NCBI GenBank assembly: GCA_949948745.1
Contig: CATLHA010000001.1
Coordinates: forward strand, 17,919-81,918
DNA from: an uncultured Bacillales bacterium
GTDB taxonomy: Bacteria; Bacillota_I; Bacilli_A; RF39; UBA660
DNA: 64,000 bases
Reading direction: 5' to 3'
The notes beneath the pieces were generated by a model that was not told the DNA's origin, did no database searches, and saw only the letters and a list, made by a program, of their open reading frames with translations. This document shows, one piece after another, positions 54,860 through 63,838 of the stretch (positions are counted from its first letter, which is position 1; each line of letters begins with the position of its first letter). Made by a program: the position numbers and the translations under genes.

Positions 54860-56821
54860 TTAAATACTTGTTTTCATTTCAAATAATAAATCTCTTAATT
54901 CCATCGCACGTTCGAAATCCAACTCTTTGGCTGCCTTTTTCATTTCTTCCTCAATATTTTCAATTGTTTTTAATAGTTCTTTTTTATCTTGTTTCTTTTC
55001 TTTCTTAGATTTCTTATTGGTATCTTCATCTATATTAGAAATTAAATCGCGAATTTCTTTCTCAATTGTTTTTGGAATAATTCCATGCTCTTCATTGTAT
55101 TTTTCTTGAATTGTACGACGGCGCATTGTCTCATCAATCGCATGTTTCATACTATCTGTCATCTTATCTGCATACATAATACAATGTCCACTAGCATTTC
55201 TTGCACAGCGTCCGATAGTCTGAATTAAACTTCTTTCACTTCTTAAGAATCCTTCTTTGTCTGCATCTAGTATAGCGATTAAACTTACTTCTGGAATATC
55301 GATTCCTTCTCTAAGTAGGTTAATTCCAACAATACAATCATATTTTCCTAAACGTAAATCACGAATAATTCTCATTCTTTCTAAGGTTTTCACTTCACTA
55401 TGTAAATAAGCTACTTTAATGTCAATATCTTTTAAATAATTAGTTAATTCTTCTGCCATACGAATCGTTAGTGTTGTAATTAAAGTACGTTCATTTCTTT
55501 CCATTCTTTCTTTAATCTCATATACTAAGTCATCTATTTGTCCCTCTGTTTTACGAACTTCAATTGTCGGATCTAAAAGCCCAGTTGGACGGATAATCTG
55601 TTCTACAAAATGATTTGATGTTTTTTCTAATTCATAGTCCCCTGGAGTCGCTGATACATAGATTGCTTGCTTAATTTTCTTCTCAAATTCATCAAATTTT
55701 AGTGGACGATTATCTAAAGCGCTAGGGAGACGGAATCCATAATCTACTAAATTCATTTTTCTTGCTCTATCTCCATTATACATTCCTCTTACTTGTGGAA
55801 TAGTTACATGGGATTCATCGATTACTAAAAGAAAATCTTTTCCAAAGAAGTCAATTAAAGTGGTTGGAGTTTCTCCCTCTCCCCTTAGTGCCATATGTCT
55901 AGAATAATTTTCAATTCCATGACAAAATCCTGTTTCTTCTAGCATTTCTATATCATAATTTGTTCTTTGTTCTAGTCGTTCCATTGCGAGCAATTTATTG
56001 TCATTTTTTAGTTCAATTAAACGATCTTCTAATTCACTTTTTATTCTTTTAATCGCTTCTTTTAATTTGTCATCACTCGTTACGAAGTGACTTGCTGGGA
56101 ACAAGCTTAAGTTTTTTTTGTTTTGAAGAACTACTCCAGTTAATGCATCAATTTCACTAATTCTATCAATTTCATCTCCAAAAAATTCAACTCTAAAACC
56201 TTTGGTACTTTGGTATGCTGGAATAATTTCTAGTACATCCCCTTTTACTCTAAAGGTACCACGCTTAAAATCAAAATCATTTCGATCGTACTGCATTTCT
56301 ACTAGTTTGGCTAATACTTTATTTCTTTCTATCTCTTGACCAACAGATAGTGTTAACATTTTATTTTTATATTCTTCTACTTCTCCAATACCATAAATAC
56401 AGGAAACACTTGCTACTACAATTACATTTTCTTCTGATAGTAAGGCACTTGTTGCTGCATGACGAAGTTCATCGATCTCATCATTAATGGAAGAATCTTT
56501 TTCTATATAGGTATCTGTAGATGGCACGTAAGCTTCCGGTTGATAATAATCATAGTAACTAACGAAGTACTCTACTCTATTATTTGGGAATAATTCTTTA
56601 AATTCACTATATAGTTGTCCTGCAAGGGTCTTGTTATGCGCTAAAATTAGGGTTGGCTTATTTACTTCTTTAATAATATTCGCAATAGTAAAGGTCTTTC
56701 CCGTTCCTGTTGCGCCCAGTAAAACCTGATGTTTTTTTCCCTCTTTGATACCATTTACTAATTCTTCTATTGCTTGTGGTTGATCTCCACTAGGTTTATA
56801 TTTTGATACTAAATTGAACAC
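54860..56821 (-). CDS. uvrB: excinuclease ABC subunit B
   Basis: 653 aa, [14 protein letters not shown], and a C-terminal UVR motif ([12 protein letters not shown]). Confidence 0.95.
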   Translation of the reverse strand: MFNLVSKYKPSGDQPQAIEELVNGIKEGKKHQVLLGATGTGKTFTIANIIKEVNKPTLILAHNKTLAGQLYSEFKELFPNNRVEYFVSYYDYYQPEAYVPSTDTYIEKDSSINDEIDELRHAATSALLSEENVIVVASVSCIYGIGEVEEYKNKMLTLSVGQEIERNKVLAKLVEMQYDRNDFDFKRGTFRVKGDVLEIIPAYQSTKGFRVEFFGDEIDRISEIDALTGVVLQNKKNLSLFPASHFVTSDDKLKEAIKRIKSELEDRLIELKNDNKLLAMERLEQRTNYDIEMLEETGFCHGIENYSRHMALRGEGETPTTLIDFFGKDFLLVIDESHVTIPQVRGMYNGDRARKMNLVDYGFRLPSALDNRPLKFDEFEKKIKQAIYVSATPGDYELEKTSNHFVEQIIRPTGLLDPTIEVRKTEGQIDDLVYEIKERMERNERTLITTLTIRMAEELTNYLKDIDIKVAYLHSEVKTLERMRIIRDLRLGKYDCIVGINLLREGIDIPEVSLIAILDADKEGFLRSERSLIQTIGRCARNASGHCIMYADKMTDSMKHAIDETMRRRTIQEKYNEEHGIIPKTIEKEIRDLISNIDEDTNKKSKKEKKQDKKELLKTIENIEEEMKKAAKELDFERAMELRDLLFEMKTSI

Positions 56822-56858
56822 ATTATCACCTCAATTACTATCTAAATTATTCTTTTAT

Positions 56859-57365
56859 TTATTCTTCACTTGTTTCATGTTCAAAATAAAATGTTTTACT
56901 TTTAAGTAAAAGTTTAATACTACTATTTCCTACAGGACTAACTTTCATACAATAATCTCTTGTTTCATTAAAAATATTTGTTTTTATTAAAGAAAAATAT
57001 TTATCTGTAGTAAGATTTGGATACTTATTCATAATAGAGCAAATCTGGCTTACTAATTCATCCATAGGTAGAAGTCCATCATATATAGGTAAAAGAATAT
57101 CCAATAATTCTTCTTTCACTTTCTCTATACTTTTACTAGAACACTCATTAGGATTCATTCTAAAAAAAGATTGCGGAGGAATTAATTTGGGATTGGGTTG
57201 AAACATCTTTTTTAGAATCTCTTGCTGAATTAAAGAAATTGATGTTAGTTCAGATTGATTTTCATCCGTTATAACCTCATCGATTATTCTTACTAAATCC
57301 TCTCCTATATTATATTCTTTCTCAAGCTTTGTAAATAAATTTCTTTTTATTTCTTCTAATGGCAT
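56859..57365 (-). CDS. hypothetical protein
   Basis: 168-aa ORF. No motif recognised. Confidence 0.45.
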   Translation of the reverse strand: MPLEEIKRNLFTKLEKEYNIGEDLVRIIDEVITDENQSELTSISLIQQEILKKMFQPNPKLIPPQSFFRMNPNECSSKSIEKVKEELLDILLPIYDGLLPMDELVSQICSIMNKYPNLTTDKYFSLIKTNIFNETRDYCMKVSPVGNSSIKLLLKSKTFYFEHETSEE

Positions 57366-57438
57366 GTTCTTCCTCTTCTTTCTTTATCTTCTTTTGAAAT
57401 CGCCTTTATAATAACATATTAGTTATTTTAAAACAATA

Positions 57439-57462
57439 AGAAGTACCATTTTTAGTACTTCT
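57439..57462 (-). terminator. intrinsic terminator after the SPFH gene
   Basis: AGAAGTAC, 8-nt loop, GTACTTCT, with a U-rich tail on the minus strand. Confidence 0.5.
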
Positions 57463-57475
57463 GTTCGTTATTTTA

Positions 57476-58339
57476 TTATTTAATTAATTTAGTAATATCA
57501 AGTATATTCCCATTGTCTCCCATAACTTTTGGTAACTCTCCATTCCATTTTTCAATAAATTGTTGAGTTAATATTTCATCTGTTATTGTTGAATTTTTAA
57601 TATTATTGGCATCAGCCTCTGCTTGAGCTTCGATTACTTTTTTCTTTGCATTCGCTTCACTAGTTTTTAATTCTTGTTCTGCAGTTAGTGCATTTTGTTC
57701 CGCAATTGTTTTTCTTTCTATACTTTGATTGTATTCCTCACTGAAGTCAAAATTTTTTAAAGAAACAGATATTATATTCAATCCATAATCTTTTACTTTA
57801 CTTGAAACTGTTTCTAATATTGTATTACTTACTTCACTTCTTTTTGTAACTAATTCTTCTGCATTATATAAAGAAATTGCACTTTTAATTGCTTCTTGTA
57901 TTGCTGGTTCTAGAACTATCGAATCATATTTTTCTCCTACTTTTCTATACATATCTGTAACCTTGTTTTCATCTAATTGATAGTTTAATGAAACGATTAC
58001 AGAGTTTACTACTTGCATATCTTTTGTTGATGTTTCCATGCTTTTATCATTTTCATACTTTTGAACTTTAATATTCATTTTAATTACTTTTTGCCATGGA
58101 TATTTAAATTGGATTCCTTCTTTCATATTAACATTTGTTATTTTATTCCAAGTTGTCTTAATACCAACTTCACCTGTTGCGATTGTTGTAATGCATCCAG
58201 GAATTATAAGTAATAATCCAAAAAGCACTATCAAAATCATAGGAAATATTTTTTTCTCATTTTTTCTACAATAATCAATAATGAAAATTGCTAGTCCTAT
58301 CATCACTACTAAACTTAAACCTAACCATATCATATACAT
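57476..58339 (-). CDS. SPFH/band-7 (prohibitin/flotillin-like) membrane protein
   Basis: 287 aa. N-terminal TM helices, an SPFH-like core, and an Ala/Glu-rich coiled tail (AEQELKTSEANAKKKVIEAQAEADA). Confidence 0.75.
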   Translation of the reverse strand: MYMIWLGLSLVVMIGLAIFIIDYCRKNEKKIFPMILIVLFGLLLIIPGCITTIATGEVGIKTTWNKITNVNMKEGIQFKYPWQKVIKMNIKVQKYENDKSMETSTKDMQVVNSVIVSLNYQLDENKVTDMYRKVGEKYDSIVLEPAIQEAIKSAISLYNAEELVTKRSEVSNTILETVSSKVKDYGLNIISVSLKNFDFSEEYNQSIERKTIAEQNALTAEQELKTSEANAKKKVIEAQAEADANNIKNSTITDEILTQQFIEKWNGELPKVMGDNGNILDITKLIK

Positions 58340-58380
58340 ACCTCCTCAGTTAATATAAGTTTATTACTTAAGAAATTAAA

Positions 58381-58405
58381 AACCTCTATGCTTAGCATAA
58401 AGGTT
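58381..58405 (-). terminator. second of two tandem intrinsic terminators upstream of the SPFH gene
   Basis: The minus strand reads AACCTTTATGC, loop TAA, GCATAGAGGTT (one mismatch), then TTTTTAATTT. Confidence 0.55.
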
Positions 58406-58414
58406 AATTTTGTA

Positions 58415-58540
58415 TTAAAAAAACTTTTATGCTTCTACATAAAAGTCTTGTTCTATAGTTTTAAATAATCCGGGTCTTTTATAACCGTATTGACGAATTA
58501 TTACATCATTTTACTGATGGAACTACTCCCTCTTAAGTGA
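58415..58540 (-). ncRNA. candidate 120-nt small RNA or terminator-controlled leader of the SPFH gene
   Basis: Bounded by the promoter at 58545-58573 and by the hairpin at 58423-58446 plus its U7 run. No ORF longer than 2 codons follows the internal GAGGGAG. The segment UAUAAAAG (58476-58483) can pair with the 5' arm of the terminator, in competition with the 3' arm CAUAAAAG. Confidence 0.4.
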
Positions 58541-58544
58541 TTAC

Positions 58545-58573
58545 ATGATACCATATTTTCACCATTTTGTAAA
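58545..58573 (-). promoter_or_regulatory. orphan sigma-A promoter with extended -10
   Basis: The minus strand reads TTTACA (58568-58573), a 17-nt spacer ending in TGG, then TATCAT (58545-58550). Confidence 0.5.
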
Positions 58574-58632
58574 TATTTTTACTTTAGATTAATGGATTTT
58601 CACAATTATTTTTTTAATATTTCTATACTTTT

Positions 58633-59562
58633 TTACAATCTGGGTCTTTTAGATAATACGTTTTCATATTGACTCATAAAGTCATCTACATCTTCAGAGG
58701 AAGTAGAAATATTCTTTACTAGTCTTTCAAAGTTATTATAAGAAGTTTCTTCGAATAAATCTCTAAAATACCAATCACTTTCCTTCAATCGATTTACTTC
58801 TCTTGATAATTCTATCGTATCAAACAATTCTCTTTGAATCGCATCTACCAATTTTAGAGTAAAATTAATATTATTTTGGATTATTTTTTCATTTAAGGAA
58901 CCATTCGCATATCTAACTTCCATTAATTTTTTCTGATCATAATCTTGTAAATTAATCGCATCTCTTCTTGTAAAATAGCCAACTCCTCGATAATGTCTAA
59001 ATTGATATAAACAATCAGGATCATAGAAATTTACATTATTTATATATTCAATCAAGTATCCACTTAATAGTCTTGCATAGTCAAAGGAAGTTGATCTAGT
59101 TAAATAGTCATCTCCCATATAAAATGATTTTATTTCCATTTCATACAACGCTATAATTTTGGATAACACCTCAAAGAAATATGGTTCATTTTTTATACAA
59201 GAAAGATTCACTCTTATGTGGTTGCTACAAGTGTCATTAATAGTTGCTCCTGCTTTTCTTAATAGGTAACAAATATCTTTTAATTCTATCCATATTTCTT
59301 TTTTATCTGTTAGTATTCTACTAGATAATTCTCCTCCAAAAAATCTTCCTTCTTTTCTTTTGGTTACAGTGCTATCCATATCTAAATACCATTCATCATA
59401 TTTTGTAAATCCAGTACTCTTGTGATGAAGGGCATATCTTACAGGAAGGGGAGATTCTCGAAATAATTTTGAAATATCATCTAAATAGACATTTGTAAAT
59501 TCTAATTCTGTTCCAAACAAATATTTGTCATCTAAACCAATACTATATCTATATTTTGTCAT
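58633..59562 (-). CDS. amidoligase-like (glutamine-synthetase-fold COOH-NH2 ligase family) protein, tentative
   Basis: Start set to the ATG at 59562 (MTKYRYSIGL) behind GAAGGGGAG. The pattern FGTELEF, WYLDMDSTV, GGELSSRIL, CSNHIRVNL resembles the Amidoligase_2 motif order. Called by eye only. Confidence 0.4.
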   Translation of the reverse strand: MTKYRYSIGLDDKYLFGTELEFTNVYLDDISKLFRESPLPVRYALHHKSTGFTKYDEWYLDMDSTVTKRKEGRFFGGELSSRILTDKKEIWIELKDICYLLRKAGATINDTCSNHIRVNLSCIKNEPYFFEVLSKIIALYEMEIKSFYMGDDYLTRSTSFDYARLLSGYLIEYINNVNFYDPDCLYQFRHYRGVGYFTRRDAINLQDYDQKKLMEVRYANGSLNEKIIQNNINFTLKLVDAIQRELFDTIELSREVNRLKESDWYFRDLFEETSYNNFERLVKNISTSSEDVDDFMSQYENVLSKRPRL

Positions 59563-59697
59563 AATCTCCCCTTCTTTTTTTCTTGATATTGTACAATAAG
59601 CCACTTAAATTCGCAACATTTTTATCTTTTATTTTCTTTTGCTCAATAAATAAAACATACATATGTTAAAATAAATATTAGCTGAGGTGGAGTTCTT

Positions 59698-60429
59698 ATG
59701 GACAAATATAAAATTTTAATATTTGATTTAGATGATACATTAATAGATAATTTAGAAAATGTCAGGTATGCATATACTAAAATGATTGAATCTGTTGGAG
59801 AAAAATATTCAGAAGATGGATTTAAAAAGTGGTATGAAATAGATAAAAATTTCTGGAAAGATTGGCAAGATGGCTTGATAAAGTTGCCTGCTCATTTAAA
59901 AAATGAAACAGGTAAAAAAAGTGAAGAATTTTTAAATTGGGTAAGAGCACAAAGAGTATTGATTTATTTTGATAATCAAATAAGTTTAGAAAAAGCAATC
60001 GAATTAAATCATCTTTTTATGAATTCATTGACTGAAATAGTAATTGCCATAGATGGTGCTTATGATACATTAAAATATTTAAAAGAAAAATAATATATCA
60101 TTGTTGCGACGAATGGGCCTAAAGTTGCTACAAAAGATAAACTTTCTAAGATAAAATGTTTGAACTTAGTAAATGAAGTTCTATCGGCTGATATGTTTGG
60201 ATATATGAAACCAAGAACAGAATTTTTTGAAGCAATTCAAAATTTATTAAAAAATTATAATAATGAGGAATATCTAATAATCGGTGATTCACTTAAATCT
60301 GATGTTGGATTTGCGATGAACTGTAAGTTCGATAGTTGCTGGTTTAATAAGAATAATGAAAAATTAGATGAGCCTTATAAACCAACTATAGTTATTCAAA
60401 AATTAGAAGAATTAAAAAATATATTATGA
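59698..60429 (+). pseudogene. HAD-superfamily hydrolase (YjjG-type nucleotidase-like) interrupted by one in-frame TAA
   Basis: Motif I FDLDDTLIDN lies in the first ORF. The second ORF, in the same frame, has VATNGP, MKP and IGDSLKSDV. The junction reads LKEK-TAA-YIIVATNGP, with the TAA at 60091-60093. Confidence 0.7.
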
Positions 60430-60472
60430 TTAAGACATATGAAAAGTACATTCTATTTTTACTTGAATGTAC

Positions 60473-61177
60473 TTATTTTTTTATTTTCTTATTAGATATT
60501 TCCCATCTTACTGTATTTAGTAATGAGTTTAGTGTATAAATAATATACATAAATAATATCGCAAGATTAGCATTACTACTATTATAATTGATAGCCCACA
60601 TGACAATTGATAAAATATTAGAAAAGTTAAATAAATACCAAACTTCTTTTTTTCTTTTTATTAAGCAAATATAGGCTCCTATACTTAATACAGTCGTGGT
60701 TGCATCCAAATATGGCTGTGTATCTTTTAACTTTGTTAAAATCACTCCATATAGGAAAATAGATAATATTATTAGTAATAAAAATATTAATCTTTCCTTT
60801 ATATTGAAAGCTGACACTTTTGCTGTTACAGTTTCTTTGCTTGCCTTAAACCATGCTATAAGTCCTATCACACAACATGGACATGAATAGAAAACATTCA
60901 TCATAAAATCCCCATATAAACCATTGTTATATGCTACTAGCCCATACACAAGAGTATTAATGATACCAAACAGAAAAGCGATAGATAGCCTGCAACCATT
61001 TAGGATAACATATATTACTCCCATTATAGAAGCAATAATTGCTAGTGGGCTATTATTTGTTTTTATAGATGTTATTGTTATTCCAATTGTACATAAAATT
61101 AACCATATAATATCGAATTTTTTTAACGATTTTAATTCTAGTATAAACTTTTTTATCCATTTATTTTTCATAGTCAT
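60473..61177 (-). CDS. pnuC: PnuC-family nucleoside (nicotinamide riboside-type) transporter
   Basis: 234-aa polytopic protein with LYGDFMMNVFY and PYLDATTTVLSIGAYICLIKRKKEVWYLFNFSNI, which match the PnuC family pattern. Confidence 0.8.
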   Translation of the reverse strand: MTMKNKWIKKFILELKSLKKFDIIWLILCTIGITITSIKTNNSPLAIIASIMGVIYVILNGCRLSIAFLFGIINTLVYGLVAYNNGLYGDFMMNVFYSCPCCVIGLIAWFKASKETVTAKVSAFNIKERLIFLLLIILSIFLYGVILTKLKDTQPYLDATTTVLSIGAYICLIKRKKEVWYLFNFSNILSIVMWAINYNSSNANLAILFMYIIYTLNSLLNTVRWEISNKKIKK

Positions 61178-61179
61178 CC

Positions 61180-61965
61180 CTACTCTTTATTGAAATTAGA
61201 ATACTTGTATTTATCATAGATACTTTCTAATTTATTTAAAAATTCTGCTCCATAGAGCTCTTTTAATTTATCAAAATATATTTTTTTAGATTCTAATATA
61301 TCTGAATTCCATTTATGACATAAGCATAATAGTAATTTGTTTTCGTCAAAGTTATCCTTCTTTAAAACAATCCCACCAATTTCAGGAAAAATAGTCTCTG
61401 GAAATAATAATTCTCCATTTAACGATGCTAAAATCATTGGATTAGAAGAAGTGCTGTTTAAATTTTCTTTGTATAGGTCAGGATGTCTGCTTTCAATATT
61501 AATATCATCTAAAATAATGATCGTATTTTTTTGAAGACTGTTTTTTAAACATAGGAAGTCTAAAATTTCTCCTGGTACAAAATGTACTGTATCCATAATT
61601 ACTAAATCAAACATACCAATATCATCTACTACTTCTGGAAGTAATTTTCCTTTTATTAATTTAAATTTTTCTAAATCTAAATATTCTTTTAGCTCCAATA
61701 CTTCCGCCGCAACCTGCGGTTTCCCCTTCTTATAAAAAGCAATGGTTTCCTTATCTATACTTACTAATTCACAATCTAAATTAAGCTTTTTTATGCAATT
61801 TAAATAAACTGCCGTTGATCCACCAGTAGAAACACCTATTTCAAGAATTCTTTTTGGCTTATATTTTTCTATTATGCTACATATCCAAAATAAATTTTCA
61901 TCCGATAATGATTTCTGAGTTTTGTTTTTTAGTTTATTTAAAATATCAAGATAATTATTTTTCAT
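61180..61965 (-). CDS. class I SAM-dependent methyltransferase
   Basis: Motif I ILEIGVSTGGST and an acidic post-motif DLVIMDTVH. Start set to the ATG at 61965 (MKNNYLD), which overlaps the upstream stop by 11 nt. The stop lies 2 nt before the pnuC ATG. Confidence 0.7.
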   Translation of the reverse strand: MKNNYLDILNKLKNKTQKSLSDENLFWICSIIEKYKPKRILEIGVSTGGSTAVYLNCIKKLNLDCELVSIDKETIAFYKKGKPQVAAEVLELKEYLDLEKFKLIKGKLLPEVVDDIGMFDLVIMDTVHFVPGEILDFLCLKNSLQKNTIIILDDINIESRHPDLYKENLNSTSSNPMILASLNGELLFPETIFPEIGGIVLKKDNFDENKLLLCLCHKWNSDILESKKIYFDKLKELYGAEFLNKLESIYDKYKYSNFNKE

Positions 61966-63202
61966 ACTGTTTCGCCTTATATTTTGAGTATACAAATTGT
62001 GTCATTAGATAGTAATTACTTGAAACATATTGATCTAACTCAGAAGAATCCATCTCCACTATTTTTATATGCTCAAATTCCTCTCTATTAGGAGTTCCTA
62101 ACTCTTGGTTTTCTGTCTCACCATAGAAGATATATGCTTTTCCTTTACTATTTCCTACGTTTTGATAGAAAGAGCCTAATATTTTAACATTTTGCTTTTT
62201 TAGATTATATCCTGTTTCTTCTTTTACTTCACGAATCCAGGCATCATATGGATCTTCAAGATAGTCCTTACTTCCTCCTGGAAACTCTGTGTTATGTCTA
62301 TCAATTCCATATCTATACTGATCTACCATAATATATTTATTTGTAGATTTATTATATAAGACCCCTACTACATAATCTTCCTGATCATAAATGTATATTT
62401 TATGAAGTTTTTTCGCAATGGCATCATATTCTTCGTATGATCTAATGTTCCCAATTGGAGAAGAATATTCAACTTTACCCCTTTCCTCTGTTTGATATCG
62501 ATCTGTCCATGATCTATCATAATCCCCATTCACATGTCCATTAAATGAAAATGGTTGTTCAAATTTAGGAAGAGATATATCATGTCTTTTTATTGTAACT
62601 CCCCTATAAACATCGGCTTCTATTTGCCCGAATAGACTTATTTTTTCATCGTACTCTAAAGTATCTAAGAATTCTGATACATCACATAATTCCTTAGGAA
62701 ATCTTGGTGTTGGTTCTAGAGTCGCCAAGCGTAAGTGAAATCTATCCTTATATTGATCGATAAAATTATCTAAATCTTTTTGATTATCAAATCGTCCCTT
62801 GTAGATTAACGCCGATAAAGATATATCTGCGTTATAATCTTTCTGATCTGGTAAATCCTTTTGATTATAGTAAGAAATATTAATACTATCTAGATACTTA
62901 TCACACTCTTTAAGAACTTCTGGTTTTGCATAGTTCGTAGTTATTACTGTCTTGAATCCATATTCTTTGCATGTCTTACATATCCATACAATATCTGGAT
63001 GTAGAAGCGGCTCTCCCCCTAAGATGCATACTTCTTTTATATTATTCTCTTTTGCCTTATTTAATATTTTTAAATAGTTTTCCCTTGTTATATCTTTTCC
63101 AAATTTTCGATTCTCATCAAAACAGAATGGACAACGTCTATTACATCTATTGGTAACCATGATATGAATAAAGTCTGATGTTTTAATTTTTACATTAAAC
63201 AT
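61955..63202 (-). CDS. radical SAM domain fused to a C-terminal Nudix hydrolase domain
   Basis: 415 aa. CNRRCPFC at residues 20-27 with GGEPLLHP. The C-terminal part has MVDQYRYG and the Nudix box GGSKDYLEDPYDAWIREVKEETGY, in the style of ADP-ribose pyrophosphatases. Confidence 0.75.
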   Translation of the reverse strand: MFNVKIKTSDFIHIMVTNRCNRRCPFCFDENRKFGKDITRENYLKILNKAKENNIKEVCILGGEPLLHPDIVWICKTCKEYGFKTVITTNYAKPEVLKECDKYLDSINISYYNQKDLPDQKDYNADISLSALIYKGRFDNQKDLDNFIDQYKDRFHLRLATLEPTPRFPKELCDVSEFLDTLEYDEKISLFGQIEADVYRGVTIKRHDISLPKFEQPFSFNGHVNGDYDRSWTDRYQTEERGKVEYSSPIGNIRSYEEYDAIAKKLHKIYIYDQEDYVVGVLYNKSTNKYIMVDQYRYGIDRHNTEFPGGSKDYLEDPYDAWIREVKEETGYNLKKQNVKILGSFYQNVGNSKGKAYIFYGETENQELGTPNREEFEHIKIVEMDSSELDQYVSSNYYLMTQFVYSKYKAKQYEK

Positions 63203-63244
63203 ATTTTCACCCCTTTATTTTTGTTGTTATTTATTTGTTATTAA

Positions 63245-63273
63245 CATTATATTAATAAGTTCAAAAAAAATCA
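63245..63273 (-). promoter_or_regulatory. sigma-A promoter of the radical SAM-Nudix operon
   Basis: The minus strand reads TTGATT (63268-63273), 17 nt, TATAAT (63245-63250). Confidence 0.5.
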
Positions 63274-63335
63274 ACCACTTTTTTTAATTTTATTAAAATT
63301 TTTTTATGACAATCATTTTAAGGGAAAAAATTTTC

Positions 63336-63364
63336 TTGCTAGCAAGGAATAGTCATAGTATAAT
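63336..63364 (+). promoter_or_regulatory. sigma-A promoter of the 128-aa gene, with its -35 inside a 12-bp palindrome
   Basis: TTGCTA (63336-63341), 17 nt, TATAAT (63359-63364). CTTGCTAGCAAG (63335-63346) is a perfect palindrome. Confidence 0.5.
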
Positions 63365-63391
63365 ATATCTCATCTTTAAGGAGAAATTAGT

Positions 63392-63778
63392 ATGAACTTT
63401 GGAATTGGAAATTTAAATTTTTTTAGACTTATTAAGAAGAATATCTTTGGTTCTAATGAAGAAAACAATAATTGTTCTCATGCAATATATATGACTGATA
63501 ACTTAGAACATTTTAAAAAGGTAAGAACTGAACATTCAGATGTCCATGTTGAATATCATAGCGACAGGACTCCCTCTCCTATCCACTTTTATGTAACCAA
63601 AGATGGGAAAACTATGGGAAAAGAAAATCCTGAGTATATTGAATACTTAAAATGGCAAAGACCAGATATCACTGATGAGGAAATATCTGAAATAAAACGT
63701 AGGGCCTATGAGGAAAGAATAGAAGCATGGGAAAAGTCCAAACAGAATGAAAAAGGGTATGAAAAGATTGTAAAATAA
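63392..63778 (+). CDS. hypothetical protein
   Basis: 128-aa ORF behind AAGGAGA. No motif recognised. Confidence 0.5.
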   Translation: MNFGIGNLNFFRLIKKNIFGSNEENNNCSHAIYMTDNLEHFKKVRTEHSDVHVEYHSDRTPSPIHFYVTKDGKTMGKENPEYIEYLKWQRPDITDEEISEIKRRAYEERIEAWEKSKQNEKGYEKIVK

Positions 63779-63814
63779 ATTTAGTCAGATTATAATTTGA
63801 CATTAAAACATGTA

Positions 63815-63838
63815 AAAAAGCGAGTTTCCTCGCTTTTT
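63815..63838. terminator. bidirectional intrinsic terminator
   Basis: AAAAAGCGAG, loop TTTC, CTCGCTTTTT. It serves the 128-aa gene on the plus strand and the convergent partial ORF on the minus strand. Confidence 0.7.

Noticed and set aside
58466-58484. TCCGGGTCTTTTATAA resembles TCTGGGTCTTTTAGATAA at 58639-58656, the 3' end of the amidoligase-like gene. Considered as a duplicated gene end.
   Set aside because: Only about 12-14 nt match, and the translated remnant has no start. It is too short to separate from chance. The segment is better explained as part of the leader and antiterminator.
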